A DNA stretch of 64,000 nucleotides, from NCBI RefSeq assembly GCF_054482595.1, contig NZ_CM137008.1; one strand, given 5' to 3'. This document shows positions 22,348-35,226 of this stretch, piece by piece. Position numbers and translations under genes: made by a program. Below the pieces are notes generated by a model that saw nothing but the letters and a program-made list of their open reading frames with translations, had not been told where the DNA came from and ran no database searches. Within the stretch, counting starts at the first letter, position 1, and each line of letters opens with the position of its first letter.

Positions 22348-23711
22348 TAATCACCCCATAGTGAAGAAAAGTTACTGCCGGCTGCTGGCTGTGATACCTG
22401 TGTAGGTTGAGATTGCTGCCGCTGAGATTTACCAACATTAACGTTATATTGTTGGTTGTAATTGTCGGTATATTGCTGAATGTCGCGCATTGATTGTTGC
22501 AGTGCTTCAGGGCTTGAGAAATCAACCTGTGGCATACCTTGAAAATACATCTTTGCTTCTGCAACGGTGTTGATACCGGATGCCCCCATGTCTCTGGCTG
22601 CTGCAATGCCCTGATTCTGCATCTTTCCTTGGATTCGCTGTGCAGCGTTGTATAGTTTCCTCTGATCACCACCAGATGCACGGCTACGAATATCTGCACC
22701 AAGAGCAGGAGAACCTGAAGAGCCTGTAATGCCAGTCATGAAGCCAAGATCGTCAATTGATGCACCAGAAATTGCATCAAGATCTTTCTTCATTGCGTAA
22801 TTCTGCGCACTTGCTGCCGATGTAGCCGGAGCGGCAATAGAGCCAGCAGGAACGCGAACCATATTCCCCTCGTTGTCGATACCTTCGTAGAACGCATTAG
22901 CCCCAGCGCCGTGAAGCTTCCCGCCTACCGTTACAGTTCTGCCATCTGCTAACTGAACTGTACGCTCATTATTCCCAACCGACCCTTTCATTGATGCTCT
23001 CTGCATCGATAAATCCTGACCGCGCATCGTGATATTCTGACCACGTGCTGTTAGCGCCTCTCCAGCCTTATTGCTGCGGATTGTCTCTGCCAGCTGGCCT
23101 CGGTCAATCTCACGACCAACCATCTTATCCTGAACAGCAAACGCCTTTTCTGGCCCAAGTGCACCGAGAGACATAGTAGTCAGCATGTGTGATAACTGCT
23201 CTGGATTCTGGATACCTGTCTGAATCATCCAGTCAGCATTCGCACCCACGCGATTTAACCTGTCCTTGTTGTCAGTAATGAATTTACTGTAGGCTTCCGG
23301 TCCCTGAGAAAGAGCAACGTTAGCCCTCATGGCTAAATCGCCCATATCGTTGCGTTGCTGCTCATTAAGACCGGAAAACGCCTGTTGTGCCTGTGCAACA
23401 AACGCTGGATTTTCCTGGGCAAACTTAAATAGTCCCGATGGATCACCAGAAGCCCATGCATCAGCGTGAACCTTATTGAACGCACTAATCGCTTTCTGTT
23501 GCTGTTCCTGCTTATAAATATCAGCAACTCCAGCCAGACCACGTAACGCGGTCAGACCAACGTTATTTGCACCTGAGCGAGCCAGTTCATTGTTTTCGCG
23601 GATCAGACCAAGCGTTGCGTTAATGTCGCTTGCCTTTGGCGCATTCTCATTTTGCGTACCGATGCCAGCCAGAAAACCACCAGAATTAATACCCTGTTGC
23701 CACGTAGCCAT
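22347..23711 (-). CDS. P22 gp20-like ejection protein (454 aa)
   Basis: Position between gp7 and gp16; Gln/Ala-rich translation. Confidence 0.7.
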   Translation of the reverse strand: MATWQQGINSGGFLAGIGTQNENAPKASDINATLGLIRENNELARSGANNVGLTALRGLAGVADIYKQEQQQKAISAFNKVHADAWASGDPSGLFKFAQENPAFVAQAQQAFSGLNEQQRNDMGDLAMRANVALSQGPEAYSKFITDNKDRLNRVGANADWMIQTGIQNPEQLSHMLTTMSLGALGPEKAFAVQDKMVGREIDRGQLAETIRSNKAGEALTARGQNITMRGQDLSMQRASMKGSVGNNERTVQLADGRTVTVGGKLHGAGANAFYEGIDNEGNMVRVPAGSIAAPATSAASAQNYAMKKDLDAISGASIDDLGFMTGITGSSGSPALGADIRSRASGGDQRKLYNAAQRIQGKMQNQGIAAARDMGASGINTVAEAKMYFQGMPQVDFSSPEALQQSMRDIQQYTDNYNQQYNVNVGKSQRQQSQPTQVSQPAAGSNFSSLWGD

Positions 23712-23721
23712 TGATTACCCC

Positions 23722-24414
23722 TTAAAACAACGAGCCAAGCAGACCAAGACCGCCGCCGATCGCAGCCCCCCACGGAGTTGATGAACCAATTAATTTCGCA
23801 AGTCCGGCCCCAGCAATAGCACCAGACGCACCTCCGCCAATAGCAGATTGCATTGCTGATGGTCTGTTGGCATTTGCCGCTGCAAGAGCCGCACTTTGCT
23901 GCGAAATCTGACTCATATTGTTGGCATATGTTTGCCCGGCGTTTGCCTGACCTTGCAGTGCGCCAAGACCAATATTTGCCAGATTCTGGTAGTTGTTCAT
24001 CTGACCAGATAGCCATTGCTGACCAAGCGTTGGTGCGATTGTTGCTAACTGATTACCGGTTGCAGTGGAACCCAATCCACCTGTTGCTTCCGCTGCCGCC
24101 AGACTCTGATAGCGAGCCTGACCAGCAAGATCTTTGTACTGCTGAGAGTTGTAATACTGGTTAAGTGCCTGACCTTGCCCTTCCAGAGACGATAAGTTCT
24201 CGAGGCTGTCGACATACTTATCAGCCAGAGGAGTAAACGGCTTCAGGTTGTTCATGATGGTGTTGAACTGCTGATTTTGCAGGTCTGCGGCATACTTCTG
24301 GGCTTCTGCTGCATACTTTGCGCTTTTATCAGAGCTACCACCTTTCCCGCCTTTTTCAGGGCAATAAGGTTCCTCGCCGCGCAGTTTTCTGCCCAGCTTA
24401 AATGCATATAACAT
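23722..24414 (-). CDS. P22 gp7-like ejection protein (230 aa)
   Basis: 230 aa, Gln/Ala-rich with Gly-rich hydrophobic C-terminus; position after gp14. Confidence 0.7.
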   Translation of the reverse strand: MLYAFKLGRKLRGEEPYCPEKGGKGGSSDKSAKYAAEAQKYAADLQNQQFNTIMNNLKPFTPLADKYVDSLENLSSLEGQGQALNQYYNSQQYKDLAGQARYQSLAAAEATGGLGSTATGNQLATIAPTLGQQWLSGQMNNYQNLANIGLGALQGQANAGQTYANNMSQISQQSAALAAANANRPSAMQSAIGGGASGAIAGAGLAKLIGSSTPWGAAIGGGLGLLGSLF

Positions 24415-24416
24415 GG

Positions 24417-24872
24417 CTATCTCCCGTGATTCAGGAAGTCGATTAGTTCTTCGCGTGTGGCGCTGTAAAACGTCACGTCATCCACGCCTTTGAAGTATTT
24501 CTTGATGGTTCCTACACGATTAAGGCCAATCATTGCGCAATACATCTGACCGTGGCGGAATTTGCGTGCGGCGAACGATGTGACGCACTGAACGGTGGTG
24601 TTAGTCAGAATGTATCGCCAGAACGCCAGCCCGATTTCCTTGCTGAATCCACGAACCTCTGGCAGGTACATGGCGTGGCAATCGAATGTCAGCGGCTGAA
24701 TCTCCTGATAGTAAACAATGCCGCCGAACTGCCCGTGCACGTTCACCTCAAAGTAACGGCAATCATGTTTATAGTCGTATCCATCACCGTTGTTGCTCCC
24801 GGCAATAATGTCAGGGTGATTTCCGACTGCTTCTATCAGGTCGATGTTTCGCGTTGGTTTGAATGTAATCAT
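24417..24872 (-). CDS. gp14-position virion protein (151 aa)
   Basis: Position between tail needle gp26 and gp7 in the P22 gene order; assignment positional only. Confidence 0.5.
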   Translation of the reverse strand: MITFKPTRNIDLIEAVGNHPDIIAGSNNGDGYDYKHDCRYFEVNVHGQFGGIVYYQEIQPLTFDCHAMYLPEVRGFSKEIGLAFWRYILTNTTVQCVTSFAARKFRHGQMYCAMIGLNRVGTIKKYFKGVDDVTFYSATREELIDFLNHGR

Positions 24873-25573
24873 CAGTCAATCAACCCATGAGTCCGTAATG
24901 CATCTTCCAGAGCTTTGATACGCTGCCGCGCCTGCTGCAATCCTGTAGCCATAGCCGACACCTCAGACCGTGTGTATGTGGCACTTACCGTGTATGTCTG
25001 GTTAGCGTTGAATGAGCCGCGAAGAGCTGTACCTGTAGCCGCTGTCCACCCTGTCTGACGAGCACCAATAACCTTGGTGCCGCCGACCGAATAGGATGTT
25101 GTTACATTGAGGGGAGATGCCAGCGATTGTGTTGCAGTGGCTGTTTTCGATACATAGTCGTCCTGTAATGCAGAAATGTTGCTCTCAGCAGTCGTAACCC
25201 GGCCATCAAGAGCGCTGACGTCAGCCTGTAAAGTGACTATTTCTCCTTCAGCCGTGGTTAGTCTGACATCCAGCGCTGCAATTGCCGCAGTATTCGCAGC
25301 AATACGGATTTCATGGTCATCTACTTCAATGCGGAGCTGACGAATTCTTTCTTCGTGATCGACCAGAATCACATCCTGCTCATCATTCCTGACTTGTGCG
25401 TCATAAGCGCCCTGTCCGGCCTCGTTGGCCTTGTTCGCCACGTTACCAACATCAGTACCCTGTGCGATAACGTACAGCAGATACGACTGCGAGAAGATAT
25501 TACGTGGAAGTATTGATGTATCGAGCCGCGTCGCCTGGATGATTACCGGCACATTGAGATTCGAATCCGCCAT
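24872..25573 (-). CDS. P22 gp26-like tail needle (233 aa)
   Basis: [43 protein letters not shown]...[13 protein letters not shown] parallels P22 gp26 along its length (recalled). Confidence 0.85.
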   Translation of the reverse strand: MADSNLNVPVIIQATRLDTSILPRNIFSQSYLLYVIAQGTDVGNVANKANEAGQGAYDAQVRNDEQDVILVDHEERIRQLRIEVDDHEIRIAANTAAIAALDVRLTTAEGEIVTLQADVSALDGRVTTAESNISALQDDYVSKTATATQSLASPLNVTTSYSVGGTKVIGARQTGWTAATGTALRGSFNANQTYTVSATYTRSEVSAMATGLQQARQRIKALEDALRTHGLID

Positions 25574-26991
25574 TACTCAATCCTTATCTGAGCGCCAGAC
25601 AGAGTGACAGGTGACTTCGTGATAACGCGCAATTTGAAGCCAATGTTTTTCCTGATGCGCCCTACTTTCTTCCACAAAACGCGTTTGTCGTAAACGAACG
25701 GTTCATTCTGCTCAATCATCTGCTCACGACCGTAATTGATGCCGTCAGTGGTTGCAGAGAGGAACAGGCGGTCAGCGTACTGCGCAACGCCAGTTGACGA
25801 TTCAACCTCAAAGTCAAACACTCTGGCGTTATCCGCTTTGAACAACGGAGTAAACAGCAGGTGTTCCTGCTGCTTGTCGTACTGGCTGCTGATATCGAAC
25901 TGCAGTTTCCCGGTAACAGATTCCAGCTTATCGCCGCACGTTATCTGATTGCCTTCGTAAATGAAGTCGATAGCGCGGTACACATCGTCATACAGGCCTG
26001 TTTTCAGTACACACCATTGCGGACCATTGGAGCTTGAAGATGCGTCGTACACCAGAACATGGCGCGGAAGATGGATAATCAGCAGCTCATGCGCATCAAA
26101 TCGCAGAGACTCCATCACACCATCAGCCAGTTCATCAGCAGTGTAGGAGCGGAGAATTTTCTCAATGCTCGCGCTGGCGATTGGTGATACCTGACCGGAG
26201 CCGATGATATACACAGACGGCGCACCTGTTGCCGGATTGCTGATGAACGCATACGAATCAGCAAACGGCGTTTTGCAGTAAGTCCCGGCAATGCCTTTCT
26301 GCACCATCAGCGATGGCTGTGCGACATACAAAGCGGCACCAACGGTGGTTGCCCCCGTCAGGGAGAAATATTCAATCGTCGATGAACCAAAGCAGACGAT
26401 GAAGTCTCGCCATGTGCCGATGCCGATGATGCCGTCCGGCTGCGATTCTGCGCGATATTGTGCGCTGTAACGGTCAGGATGCGATTCGTCTTCAAGGTCA
26501 GTGATAAACCATGAATCAGTACCGTCTTTTGACCACGCATAACGCCCACGTAAGCGTGTAATGTCGCGGACTGAACCTAACTCATACTGCGTAAATCCTC
26601 TGTCTGTAGGCCAGTTTGAGACGGTTTTAACCGTGCCATCATAGCGATACTCGACCAGTTGACCATTAACGCCTACTGCCTGTGATGTCCTACCGTGTGC
26701 CATTGATACGCGACCACTTCCGGCAACATCACCGACCTCGCTTTCGCCCTTATACAGCTTGCCGCCACACACGCGATATACAGCATTCTGCGCCATGTTG
26801 TACTCGACGCCGCGCGATACACCGTTCACATCAGATCGTTTGGCAATGCCCGGGAATGAGCGAAGATATCCGCTGCTGTTGAGGATTTCTTTGGGTGTAG
26901 CCAACATATTCACTGGCAGATAGTCGGTATAGTCGGAGTTTCGAAAGTCTTTGCCGACACCTTTCATAAGCGGAAGTTGCTGAATCGGCAT
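25573..26991 (-). CDS. P22 gp10-like tail hub protein (472 aa)
   Basis: 472 aa, same length as P22 gp10; position between gp4 and gp26. Confidence 0.75.
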   Translation of the reverse strand: MPIQQLPLMKGVGKDFRNSDYTDYLPVNMLATPKEILNSSGYLRSFPGIAKRSDVNGVSRGVEYNMAQNAVYRVCGGKLYKGESEVGDVAGSGRVSMAHGRTSQAVGVNGQLVEYRYDGTVKTVSNWPTDRGFTQYELGSVRDITRLRGRYAWSKDGTDSWFITDLEDESHPDRYSAQYRAESQPDGIIGIGTWRDFIVCFGSSTIEYFSLTGATTVGAALYVAQPSLMVQKGIAGTYCKTPFADSYAFISNPATGAPSVYIIGSGQVSPIASASIEKILRSYTADELADGVMESLRFDAHELLIIHLPRHVLVYDASSSSNGPQWCVLKTGLYDDVYRAIDFIYEGNQITCGDKLESVTGKLQFDISSQYDKQQEHLLFTPLFKADNARVFDFEVESSTGVAQYADRLFLSATTDGINYGREQMIEQNEPFVYDKRVLWKKVGRIRKNIGFKLRVITKSPVTLSGAQIRIE

Positions 26992-27492
26992 TTATTCGCT
27001 CCCGTTATCGCAAGGTTCCTTCCGGTGGAAGTAATTCCAACCGTTCCACTTCGCCAACTGATTACCGCTACCAACAGGCATACGGTTTGGATAACCGGAC
27101 TTACATTTAGCAGCTTTTGCTCTGTCCATTGCAGACAGTTTGACGAGTCGCTCTTTCCCGTATCTGGCAGTGGTTATAAGTTTTGCAGACGCTTCCAGCG
27201 CATAATCTGGAGCAATGCGGCAGGCAAGGTTGAAAATGACGGCATTTATAGCGTTATTTGATAAGCCGTGCTCATCGCCCGGATCTGGAGCGACATCTGC
27301 ATCAGCAAAAATGTAGCCAACGTTGATCCCAGGTGACGCATCACCGCCAAGCCATTCAGCCATCATCATTTCAAGGTCGTTGACGCCGTCTTCCATAGAC
27401 TGCGGTTCGACATCGGTTAACGTGGCATTTGATGCCACACCGAGCTTACGTAATGCCGCAAGAACTAAATCACCCTTCGTTGTCAGGTTCAT
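26992..27492 (-). CDS. P22 gp4-like tail adaptor protein (166 aa)
   Basis: ORF trimmed to [33 protein letters not shown]..., parallels P22 gp4 (recalled). Confidence 0.75.
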   Translation of the reverse strand: MNLTTKGDLVLAALRKLGVASNATLTDVEPQSMEDGVNDLEMMMAEWLGGDASPGINVGYIFADADVAPDPGDEHGLSNNAINAVIFNLACRIAPDYALEASAKLITTARYGKERLVKLSAMDRAKAAKCKSGYPNRMPVGSGNQLAKWNGWNYFHRKEPCDNGSE

Positions 27493-27706
27493 CTGCTGCC
27501 GCCTTAGGTTTTCGACCAGGCTTTTTACGCTGTTTTTCTTCTGGCTCTGGCTCCGGCTCTGCAACATCCTTCAAAAGGTCATCAGGATGTGAAAACCAGC
27601 CAGCATCCAGATATTCCTGAAGCTCTTCGGCTTTCACGATTTCAAAGTCGTATCCAACGCCTTTCCATTTCTTCATGTCGCCATGACGAAAGATCATGTG
27701 TGTCAT
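27470..27706 (-). CDS. Small charged protein (78 aa) between coat and gp4
   Basis: ATG at 27706 with GGAGA RBS directly after the coat terminator; Pro/Glu/Lys-rich tail; overlaps gp4 start by 23 nt. Confidence 0.4.
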   Translation of the reverse strand: MTHMIFRHGDMKKWKGVGYDFEIVKAEELQEYLDAGWFSHPDDLLKDVAEPEPEPEEKQRKKPGRKPKAAADEPDNEG

Positions 27707-27718
27707 GCTTGTCTCCAG

Positions 27719-27743
27719 ATAAAAAAGGGAGCCGAAGCTCCCT
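27719..27743 (-). terminator. Rho-independent terminator immediately downstream of coat gene
   Basis: minus strand gggagc ttcg gctccc followed by tttttt. Confidence 0.7.
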
Positions 27744-27750
27744 CTGGTTA

Positions 27751-29046
27751 TCACGCGGTCTGGTTAGGCAGACCAACACCAATTGCCTCTGGTCGTACAG
27801 CACATGCTGAATACCACACAGCAATACGGCACTTACCAGACAGAGTGTTGATATCACCCTGCGTTGCGAAGATGCCGTTAACACCAATGCCAGGAATGCT
27901 GAAGGAAGACGTTTTCATACCAGCAAACAGTTCATGGGTTACCGGGATAGGCTGAGACAGCAGACGGATTGAGTCATCAGCCCAGAACACGTTAGCGGTG
28001 GTCGTTGCCACGTTCAGAACGTTTACCGGAGTGGTATCAGCAAGAGAGGTGTTTACGTTAGCGTAAGCCTTCTCTTCTTTTGTCAGTGACGCGTCATCCA
28101 GTGCAATCGGTTTCGGCGTGATTTCGATGTGAGTACCATCGATCACACGGGTGATTGAGAAAGTCGCATCATCAGTCAGCACGTTCTTCGCCATCTGAGA
28201 CAGGAATTTCACACCAGTGAAACTGATTTTGTCGCCGCGCTTAAATCCGGTGGTGGAGGATACGGTCACCGTTGCAACACGGTTGTCGACGTTCTCTTTG
28301 TTACCATCGGTATCAAGGGTGTATGCCTGCGGCTTAAACTTCTGCGCACCAGAAACAGTTACACCAGTAGCGGTTGACTTGGTAACTGCCGGAAGTTTCG
28401 GTGAGCGAAGAATTTCATCAAAGCCAGCAATCTGACGCTGAATAGTACCGTTGTGATACGCATCTTCAGGAACGCGCCCGAAGATGTCACCATCTACAAG
28501 ATTGCGGCCTGCTTTGCGGTAATCGTCAGGGTTCAGGAAGTAACTGATACCCATGTCGCGGTTGAGTTCGCGGGAGAACATCAGTCGCTCTGCATCAGAC
28601 ACAAAATCCCAGCCAGACAGGCCAGTAGATGGACCAATTGCGCGGGTATCGTGAACAACAAGTGAGCCCATTTCGGTTGCCTGTTTGGCAATTGCTGACT
28701 CAATGTTATTCGCCAGTTTTTTGGCGGATGCCTGGATGCGGCGACGGTAAGAACGCTCATCACGCAGGTCATCTGCACGAAGCTCGAAGAAATCGTTATC
28801 CGGATCGCCCATGTTGCACTTCACGGAGAGTTCCAGAATCCCGGTTGCGTTGCCAGTTAAATCCCAGCCAGTCTGGGTTGGCGCTTCCTGCTCAACAGGC
28901 ATCCACACGGTGTTGCTTGAACGCTGCATGGATTCTGCCGGAGGGGTGTATTTTGTCACTTTGGACGCCATTGGCGTCAGGTTCTGGACGGTTTCGATGA
29001 TTTCATCCAGAGCATACGTGACCAGTTGACCTTCATTTAATGCCAT
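27751..29046 (-). CDS. P22-type major coat protein gp5 (430 aa)
   Basis: [54 protein letters not shown]... parallels P22 coat protein throughout (recalled). Confidence 0.9.
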   Translation of the reverse strand: MALNEGQLVTYALDEIIETVQNLTPMASKVTKYTPPAESMQRSSNTVWMPVEQEAPTQTGWDLTGNATGILELSVKCNMGDPDNDFFELRADDLRDERSYRRRIQASAKKLANNIESAIAKQATEMGSLVVHDTRAIGPSTGLSGWDFVSDAERLMFSRELNRDMGISYFLNPDDYRKAGRNLVDGDIFGRVPEDAYHNGTIQRQIAGFDEILRSPKLPAVTKSTATGVTVSGAQKFKPQAYTLDTDGNKENVDNRVATVTVSSTTGFKRGDKISFTGVKFLSQMAKNVLTDDATFSITRVIDGTHIEITPKPIALDDASLTKEEKAYANVNTSLADTTPVNVLNVATTTANVFWADDSIRLLSQPIPVTHELFAGMKTSSFSIPGIGVNGIFATQGDINTLSGKCRIAVWYSACAVRPEAIGVGLPNQTA

Positions 29047-29957
29047 TATCGAATTCCTTTATTCAGTTGCGCCTTAAGCTTGCGGTACGTCTCTACATCC
29101 CCTTTGTTTGCTGCCGCTTCCATCTGCTTTTCAATCGCAGAGATATTTGCAGCAACAGCGTGTCCCTGAATGGGTTCATCAGGTAACGGGGCTTCTGAAA
29201 CAGGCTTGGCTCGAGGCTTGAGAGTTAAACGTTCTGACAGTCGAGTGAGTTCAATCAGCGCGGATTGCCCGTCCATCGCCAGCAACTGGCGTGTTTTCTC
29301 AGGATTAGCACCAAGGTGATACATGAGAGCAGCGGATTTCTCCGGGAAGAGGCGCATGATGTCGGCACCGACTGCTGGCGGCACCAGTTGCATGAATGCA
29401 TCCTCTTTCTCCTGATAGTCAGGGATATTGAGCTTTTCCGCTGCGTCGTAGTGCTTACGGGCTGCCTCGACGTATTGCGCTGATTGCTGGGTGAACTCCT
29501 GAGTTTTGCGACCCTGCTCGGCGACAGCCTGGCTTCGTGCGTCCATAGCCTTGATCTGCCATTCACTGTTTGCCTGCTGGAAGGCAGCCAGTGCTCGGCT
29601 CTGGTCATAGTCGTACTTAGCCAGCGCATCTTCGGAAAGATAATCGTTAGGGTCTGGTTGTTTTGGTAACTCAGGGTTCACCCGCAGGTGCTCCGGCAAC
29701 TCCCCACGCTTAACCGCTTCCATCTGCTGCTCAAGCTCACGCTGGCGTTTGCGTTCGATGCGGCGACGGGCAAATTCAGCATTAGTTGCCGGGTCTTGTT
29801 TTGGTTTCTCATCGTCTTTCAGGACAATCTCGAAGCCTTCTTCCTGACCTGCGTTGTCGTTGGCATTATCGACAACTAAGCCATCAGCAGATGCCGCTGC
29901 ATGATTGCCGGGCAGGGTTAATTCTTCAGAAGCCTGAATGTCGGTGGTTTGGTCCAT
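29046..29957 (-). CDS. P22-type scaffolding protein gp8 (303 aa)
   Basis: 303 aa, highly charged helical protein directly upstream of coat. Confidence 0.8.
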   Translation of the reverse strand: MDQTTDIQASEELTLPGNHAAASADGLVVDNANDNAGQEEGFEIVLKDDEKPKQDPATNAEFARRRIERKRQRELEQQMEAVKRGELPEHLRVNPELPKQPDPNDYLSEDALAKYDYDQSRALAAFQQANSEWQIKAMDARSQAVAEQGRKTQEFTQQSAQYVEAARKHYDAAEKLNIPDYQEKEDAFMQLVPPAVGADIMRLFPEKSAALMYHLGANPEKTRQLLAMDGQSALIELTRLSERLTLKPRAKPVSEAPLPDEPIQGHAVAANISAIEKQMEAAANKGDVETYRKLKAQLNKGIR

Positions 29958-29970
29958 GGTTAACTCTCTC

Positions 29971-32136
29971 TTATTGAGGTGTCTCGGCTACTCCGCCGGA
30001 GGGGATTTGAACTTGACGCATAAGATTCGCGAAATCCATGCGTTGTGAATGAGTCTGGTCTGCATCTTTAAGAAGCAGCTCAGCGTTAGCACGAGCATCT
30101 TTGCTGCGCTGTTGCTGGAATTGACCTACGAGCTTGAGGTACTCACGCAGTTCTGCCTGCTTGTCGAGGTCCATATTGTTGAAGATTTCCGCAATCTTCG
30201 CGGCGTTGAGTTGGTTTTGGGCTTCAACCTTGGCGGCTTCAACCTGAATCTGCGCCTGTTGGTTCTCTGCCTTGAGCAATTCAGCCTGACCTTGCAGAAG
30301 GATACCCTGCGCCTGAATTTGCTCTGCTGATGGCTGCTGCGGCTGCTGTTGCGCCTGTTGTACCATCTCCATCTCTTCAGGTGTTTCTGGTTTCTTCAGC
30401 CCCATCATCACCAGTTGCTTGTTCGCGTACTCTCGCATCATCTCGACGCCTTTACCGTCAAGCAGCGTGAAGTATTGCAGCATCAGTATCTGGAACTCTG
30501 GAGTACCTTGCGGAACCTTGGTTAGTAATTCCTGAATCTCTGCGCGGTTCTGTTCCTTCATGCTCTGGAAGGATGGTCCAACGTCTGTATAGCACTCATA
30601 GCGACCACGAATGTCGTTGAGTGTGACCACATTGCCGGACTGGTAATCGACAACTTGCGCATAGAGTTGAACGTCTTTCTCGCTTCCATCTTCAAGTGTC
30701 AGCGTTACATGACGAGGAACGTCATAAATATCATTGACCATTGAGGCATAAATCTCGCCATCACGCCGCATTGCGGTAGCCAGGTTATCCTGAAACACGT
30801 ATGTCTCAAGGTCTGCCCGCATGTTCAGTTGATTGACAGTATCGAAAGCGACCTGAGAGTTTGCTGCCTGCGCATCCACGCCAAGACTAGCCACCTCTTT
30901 CACTGCGTTGGTGGCAGCCTCAAGCATGTAAGCGTTGGCTTGCGGCACTTCAGGGTTTTCCATGTAGGAGATTGGACCAATCGGCAGGTCGTTGCCGTTT
31001 TCATCGGTCTTGTTCTGCAAATAGTACGGATAGTCATCATTTCCACCGTACATGTATTCGTAGCCTTCGATTTGCTCAGGGAAGAAGGTCGGTTTCTTCT
31101 TCGGTGAACGAGCAACAATATCGGCGTTGAATGACATGATCATGTTACGAAGGCGTTGACCGTCTTTCGTCAGCCTTACCACTCCTTCGTAGCACTCCTT
31201 GTCACCAGCGAATGACCATTCTCCATACACTGGAACGATTGGAATATGCTCTCCGGCTATCTTCTCGCGGTCTTTCAGTATCTGCGTGCAGGTGATGATC
31301 GACTTATACACACGCCGACGCTTCACCTTGCGCTCTGCTACCTTCATGAATCCACGATTAGCCAGGTCGTCGATGACGTCTTTGATATCCTGCTGGTAAT
31401 AGCTGACCGGCTCACCTGTCAGCGGGTCGCGGTAGATGAAGACCTTCTCTTTCTTCTCTTCTACCTCGTAATACTCAGCGACGTAGACGACATCATTCGA
31501 TACCCACGGAAACAGCCATGTGTCGTTCGGATTCTGGAAAGATGGCAGGGTGTCAGGATCAATACCGTAATCCTCTGCGAACTCTTTCCAGCCATTGCGT
31601 GACAAAGCGTTAATCACCGTGCAGTGCTTAGCGTCGCTCTTATCCATCTGCTTGCTGTTGGCGTCCCATATGACGTGTGAGCAGGCTTCATGGATTGGCA
31701 GGCGTCGGATTACCTGATTGTTGCTTGTTGGATCGTTGTCTTCGTACTGCGTGACCAGACGCCATGCACCAACGCCAGACTCTATCTGCTCACGAACGCC
31801 AACGTTAACAGCAATCTTTGCCGTGTTATGGCGCATATCAGTACGATACATCCCCATCAACACATCGGCTGCATCAGGATTAGCTCCGTCTTTTGGTCTG
31901 AATAGAACGTCGATAGGGTTCCGGCGCATCTCTGCGACCAGTTTCCTGACCACTGGGCGAACAACATCGAATTGTCCGCGATATTGCAGGGTGGTGTAGT
32001 TTGATAGCCAGTCATCCCATTGCGACACTCGGCTAAAAAACAGGTCATTTGTCGCCTCGGTTCTGGCTTCATCGCTCGCCATCCAGTCTGCGTCAAACTT
32101 ACACAGAATGGAATTGAGTCTGTTTTCGTCGGCCAT
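29971..32136 (-). CDS. P22-type portal protein gp1 (721 aa)
   Basis: [45 protein letters not shown]... parallels P22 portal, including Gln-rich C-terminal barrel region. Confidence 0.9.
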   Translation of the reverse strand: MADENRLNSILCKFDADWMASDEARTEATNDLFFSRVSQWDDWLSNYTTLQYRGQFDVVRPVVRKLVAEMRRNPIDVLFRPKDGANPDAADVLMGMYRTDMRHNTAKIAVNVGVREQIESGVGAWRLVTQYEDNDPTSNNQVIRRLPIHEACSHVIWDANSKQMDKSDAKHCTVINALSRNGWKEFAEDYGIDPDTLPSFQNPNDTWLFPWVSNDVVYVAEYYEVEEKKEKVFIYRDPLTGEPVSYYQQDIKDVIDDLANRGFMKVAERKVKRRRVYKSIITCTQILKDREKIAGEHIPIVPVYGEWSFAGDKECYEGVVRLTKDGQRLRNMIMSFNADIVARSPKKKPTFFPEQIEGYEYMYGGNDDYPYYLQNKTDENGNDLPIGPISYMENPEVPQANAYMLEAATNAVKEVASLGVDAQAANSQVAFDTVNQLNMRADLETYVFQDNLATAMRRDGEIYASMVNDIYDVPRHVTLTLEDGSEKDVQLYAQVVDYQSGNVVTLNDIRGRYECYTDVGPSFQSMKEQNRAEIQELLTKVPQGTPEFQILMLQYFTLLDGKGVEMMREYANKQLVMMGLKKPETPEEMEMVQQAQQQPQQPSAEQIQAQGILLQGQAELLKAENQQAQIQVEAAKVEAQNQLNAAKIAEIFNNMDLDKQAELREYLKLVGQFQQQRSKDARANAELLLKDADQTHSQRMDFANLMRQVQIPSGGVAETPQ

Positions 32137-33636
32137 TTAAGTTCTCCGTGCGATGGGCCTGATTGGGGCTGGTATCTTTTTCTCTTTTGGTTTTTTGATG
32201 TCGCGCATCATTTTGGCGAAGCGGCGCATCATGTATGCATAGCGAACAGCTGAGAGAACGTCGTCGTTAAGCTTGACGATTTTCCCGTTTTCATCACGGT
32301 GATAGAGGCGGAACTCCTCAAAGAATGGCTCACAGGTGTTGAATACTTTGAAGCGACCGTCGAGCATCATGTCTCGCAATTCAGTGATGCCAGGCTCAAC
32401 AGCATTACCGCCATCAGGCCATGTCGCATGCTCCTGCAACATCATAAATCCAGCGTCTGCATACTGCCCTTTGAGCTGCTCACCGCCGCCCTTCTCGTGC
32501 TGGTTTCCGTCATGAGGCCATGCTGTTGGCACTTTATGCGCCCATGATTTAACCGCTCCCCATGCCTGAACGGCTGTTTTTTCTTTCGCCTTCCACACGC
32601 GTGAAACGTAGATTGTGTCTGCGTCCTTATCCCACCAAATCTGAACCTGCGCCTGCGGGTGATCCCATCCGAAATCCATCCCGCCAATTACGTAGAAGTG
32701 ATCAGGACACTCGAACGGCTGACACTTAATCGTCTCTTCCGGTATCTGGAAGATTCGACCACTACCCATCGTAGGAATACCGCGAGCACGCGCCTCTCTC
32801 TCATGCTCAGGATAGGATGCGATGATTTGCTCTTTCTGCTCGTCGGTATAGTGCTCAGCGTCATAGATGGTCATGTTGACCACTTTCTGCGACTTGCTGG
32901 GATTCTTCAGGAACTTGGTAACAACGTCAGACATCCCCATCAGCGGGGTAAATGTCAGAATTGAGAATTGCCCGTATTTGTTGGTACGGGTAAGACCTTC
33001 GCCATAAATGCTGTATGGTGGCTCTTCGTCAAACCACACGCCGTGGATTGTGTCACCCTGCCAGCGAGCACGGCCTTGCGAGTATGGCTTGAAGTAGCAG
33101 ATTGAAATGCCATCTTCAACGCCATCAGCCGTGTGATGCTTAACCAGAAGATGATCAACAAGGTTCGGAAAGAAAGGAGACTTCTTCCAGCTAATGATGT
33201 CTTCTTTCGGTATGGAACCGTAGCCAGGCTCATCATTCTCTTCGATACGACCGCACAGGATGCGTTGAGTCGTTTTGGTTACAGTCTCGTTTGTCTCTCC
33301 ACCAATCCAGAAGACAACAGGCTCATAGAAACGCTTACCTTTCCACTCACCGCCATATTTACCATCAGCAGGATAGCCTTTTGTGCCCGGATAACGACCG
33401 GTAAGGTGAAACGCGACTTCAGCAGCACCAGTAAATGACTTACCAAGCTGGTTACCAGCCATAAAACATCGCTCTGGATAGTCATGCCCGGCGTCGATGA
33501 ACTCACGCTGCTTGCTGTATGGCGTAAATTCATATAGCAGGTGTGTGTTCCGGTAGTTCTCTTCTTCTTCGAGTAGCTCGAGCAACTCGATTTGCTCTTC
33601 GTCGCTCAGGTTATCAAGAATCGCGTCCAGTTCCAC
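32137..33636 (-). CDS. Terminase large subunit, P22 gp2-like (499 aa)
   Basis: 499 aa; ATPase and nuclease domains; position between terS and portal. Confidence 0.88.
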   Translation of the reverse strand: MELDAILDNLSDEEQIELLELLEEEENYRNTHLLYEFTPYSKQREFIDAGHDYPERCFMAGNQLGKSFTGAAEVAFHLTGRYPGTKGYPADGKYGGEWKGKRFYEPVVFWIGGETNETVTKTTQRILCGRIEENDEPGYGSIPKEDIISWKKSPFFPNLVDHLLVKHHTADGVEDGISICYFKPYSQGRARWQGDTIHGVWFDEEPPYSIYGEGLTRTNKYGQFSILTFTPLMGMSDVVTKFLKNPSKSQKVVNMTIYDAEHYTDEQKEQIIASYPEHEREARARGIPTMGSGRIFQIPEETIKCQPFECPDHFYVIGGMDFGWDHPQAQVQIWWDKDADTIYVSRVWKAKEKTAVQAWGAVKSWAHKVPTAWPHDGNQHEKGGGEQLKGQYADAGFMMLQEHATWPDGGNAVEPGITELRDMMLDGRFKVFNTCEPFFEEFRLYHRDENGKIVKLNDDVLSAVRYAYMMRRFAKMMRDIKKPKEKKIPAPIRPIARRT

Positions 33637-34102
33637 GGTTGAATAGCTCCTTGATACGAGAGCGCCGCTTATCGCGATCTCCCTTATCAGGTGTCACGTC
33701 TTCAACTTGCGACTGCTCTTTGAGGCCCAAATCACGGGCGATGATGTTAGCGTTGAGAAGGTCAGCGGCTGCGCCAGAGAATTTCTGGTCGTAGATGACC
33801 TGTTCTGCTCGCGTAACGACTTCAGATAAATCTTCTCGCAGGCGATATGTGCGCCATGTTTCAAGCGTCACATCAATGAACAGAGTGAGGCCGGTAATGG
33901 TCATCGCTCGCATCTTGGCGATAGGCTCTTGTATTACTTCACCCTGATACGAGAACGCCTTCATCTCCCATAGCGGGTTAGCTTCCACCCACTCGAAGTA
34001 TTCACAACAAGCAGCCCACAGCGCCTCAGGCGATTCGAATTTAGGATTTCGCCCATGACTACTGCGGGCCTCCCAAAATCGGTTGCCCTTTGGTGCTGCC
34101 AT
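33614..34102 (-). CDS. Terminase small subunit, P22 gp3-like (162 aa)
   Basis: [55 protein letters not shown]... matches P22 gp3 as recalled. Confidence 0.88.
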   Translation of the reverse strand: MAAPKGNRFWEARSSHGRNPKFESPEALWAACCEYFEWVEANPLWEMKAFSYQGEVIQEPIAKMRAMTITGLTLFIDVTLETWRTYRLREDLSEVVTRAEQVIYDQKFSGAAADLLNANIIARDLGLKEQSQVEDVTPDKGDRDKRRSRIKELFNRGTGRDS

Positions 34103-34181
34103 ATTGATTATTTCCCTTCTGCTTGCTTATCCCATTCATCGCGGAATTTGGATGGGTTGTCGAAACCTTGAGTTGCCATGT

Positions 34182-34424
34182 TTATGCTCCTGTAGTGAAC
34201 AGATCTAACGCTTCCTTCGATTTACGCACCGCTTCGATAGTGCGGGTCGTGATATCTGAATTAGCGCCGCCTGACTGGAAGTGAATTTTGAATAGCTCAA
34301 GCTTCAACTCGTCAGTGCCAATGAACTGAAATGCTTCTTCTGCGGCTGCGTTCTGGTTCATGACCAGTTTGTAAATCTCTAACTGGAATTTCTGTTCTTC
34401 AGTCATGGGAATAATCTCTGCCAT
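34182..34424 (-). CDS. Hypothetical protein (80 aa)
   Basis: Compact ORF upstream of terS; no recognisable motif. Confidence 0.4.
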   Translation of the reverse strand: MAEIIPMTEEQKFQLEIYKLVMNQNAAAEEAFQFIGTDELKLELFKIHFQSGGANSDITTRTIEAVRKSKEALDLFTTGA

Positions 34425-34571
34425 TGTTGGCTCCGTTTATCCGTTAAAAGGGATATCAGTTAAGTTATCCCGTGTAGGGTATAAGCCATTATCAAAGCCA
34501 CTCTGTAGGGAATGGCTTTTGTGATGGCAATAAAAAAGGCCGCCTAAGCGACCTTTCATTTTTCATCCGTT

Positions 34572-34790
34572 TTAATCATCTGGGTAATTAAGCGGCATCC
34601 AGTGTGTAACCTTGCTTGCTCCTGAATCGATGAATGCCTTGGTTCTCTGCCAGTAAGAGCCCATACATGATAGTTTGAACACGTCACCAGTATCAGTAAG
34701 AGCTATAACCTCTTTAGACCACATCCCTTCTTTGCTTTCTGGTAGCCGGTGTTCAACATTGATCCATTGGTTTCCGTTATCATCCATCAC
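34572..34790 (-). CDS. DUF551-like phage protein (72 aa)
   Basis: WINVEHRLPESKEGMWSKEVIALTDTGDVF...THWMPLNYP resembles the DUF551 domain common in enterobacterial phages. Confidence 0.5.
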   Translation of the reverse strand: MMDDNGNQWINVEHRLPESKEGMWSKEVIALTDTGDVFKLSCMGSYWQRTKAFIDSGASKVTHWMPLNYPDD

Positions 34791-35226
34791 AACCTCGTCT
34801 AGTTGTTCGTCATAGATTCAGTGGCTGGCGGTGACGATTCCGCTTTTCGGGAGCTACCCTAGCCACTGTTTTATTCTATCCGATGTCTTTCCATCAGTCC
34901 GCCACCACAAAGAATCTTTTTTGCCATAAGGCAGGAGGTTCATCTTTCAGTGGCTGCCAGTGTTATTTCCCCACCTACTGGCTTGGGTTGTTTCGCTGTA
35001 CTGCCGTAACTGGTTGCCCAGAATAAATTCCGGTTTCATTATCAAGCCCACCCGTAGATAGGCTTTGTAATGAACCGGCTCTTATCTCAACGCAGCCCCT
35101 TACCGCGCGCCAGATGCTCAATATCAAGCATCAGCAATGAGATGTTTAATCTGGATTCACTCCAGAAGTGATCACCACCCTGTCTACAGAGCCAGATGTG
35201 AAGGATGATGAGTAAAATTATCGCTA

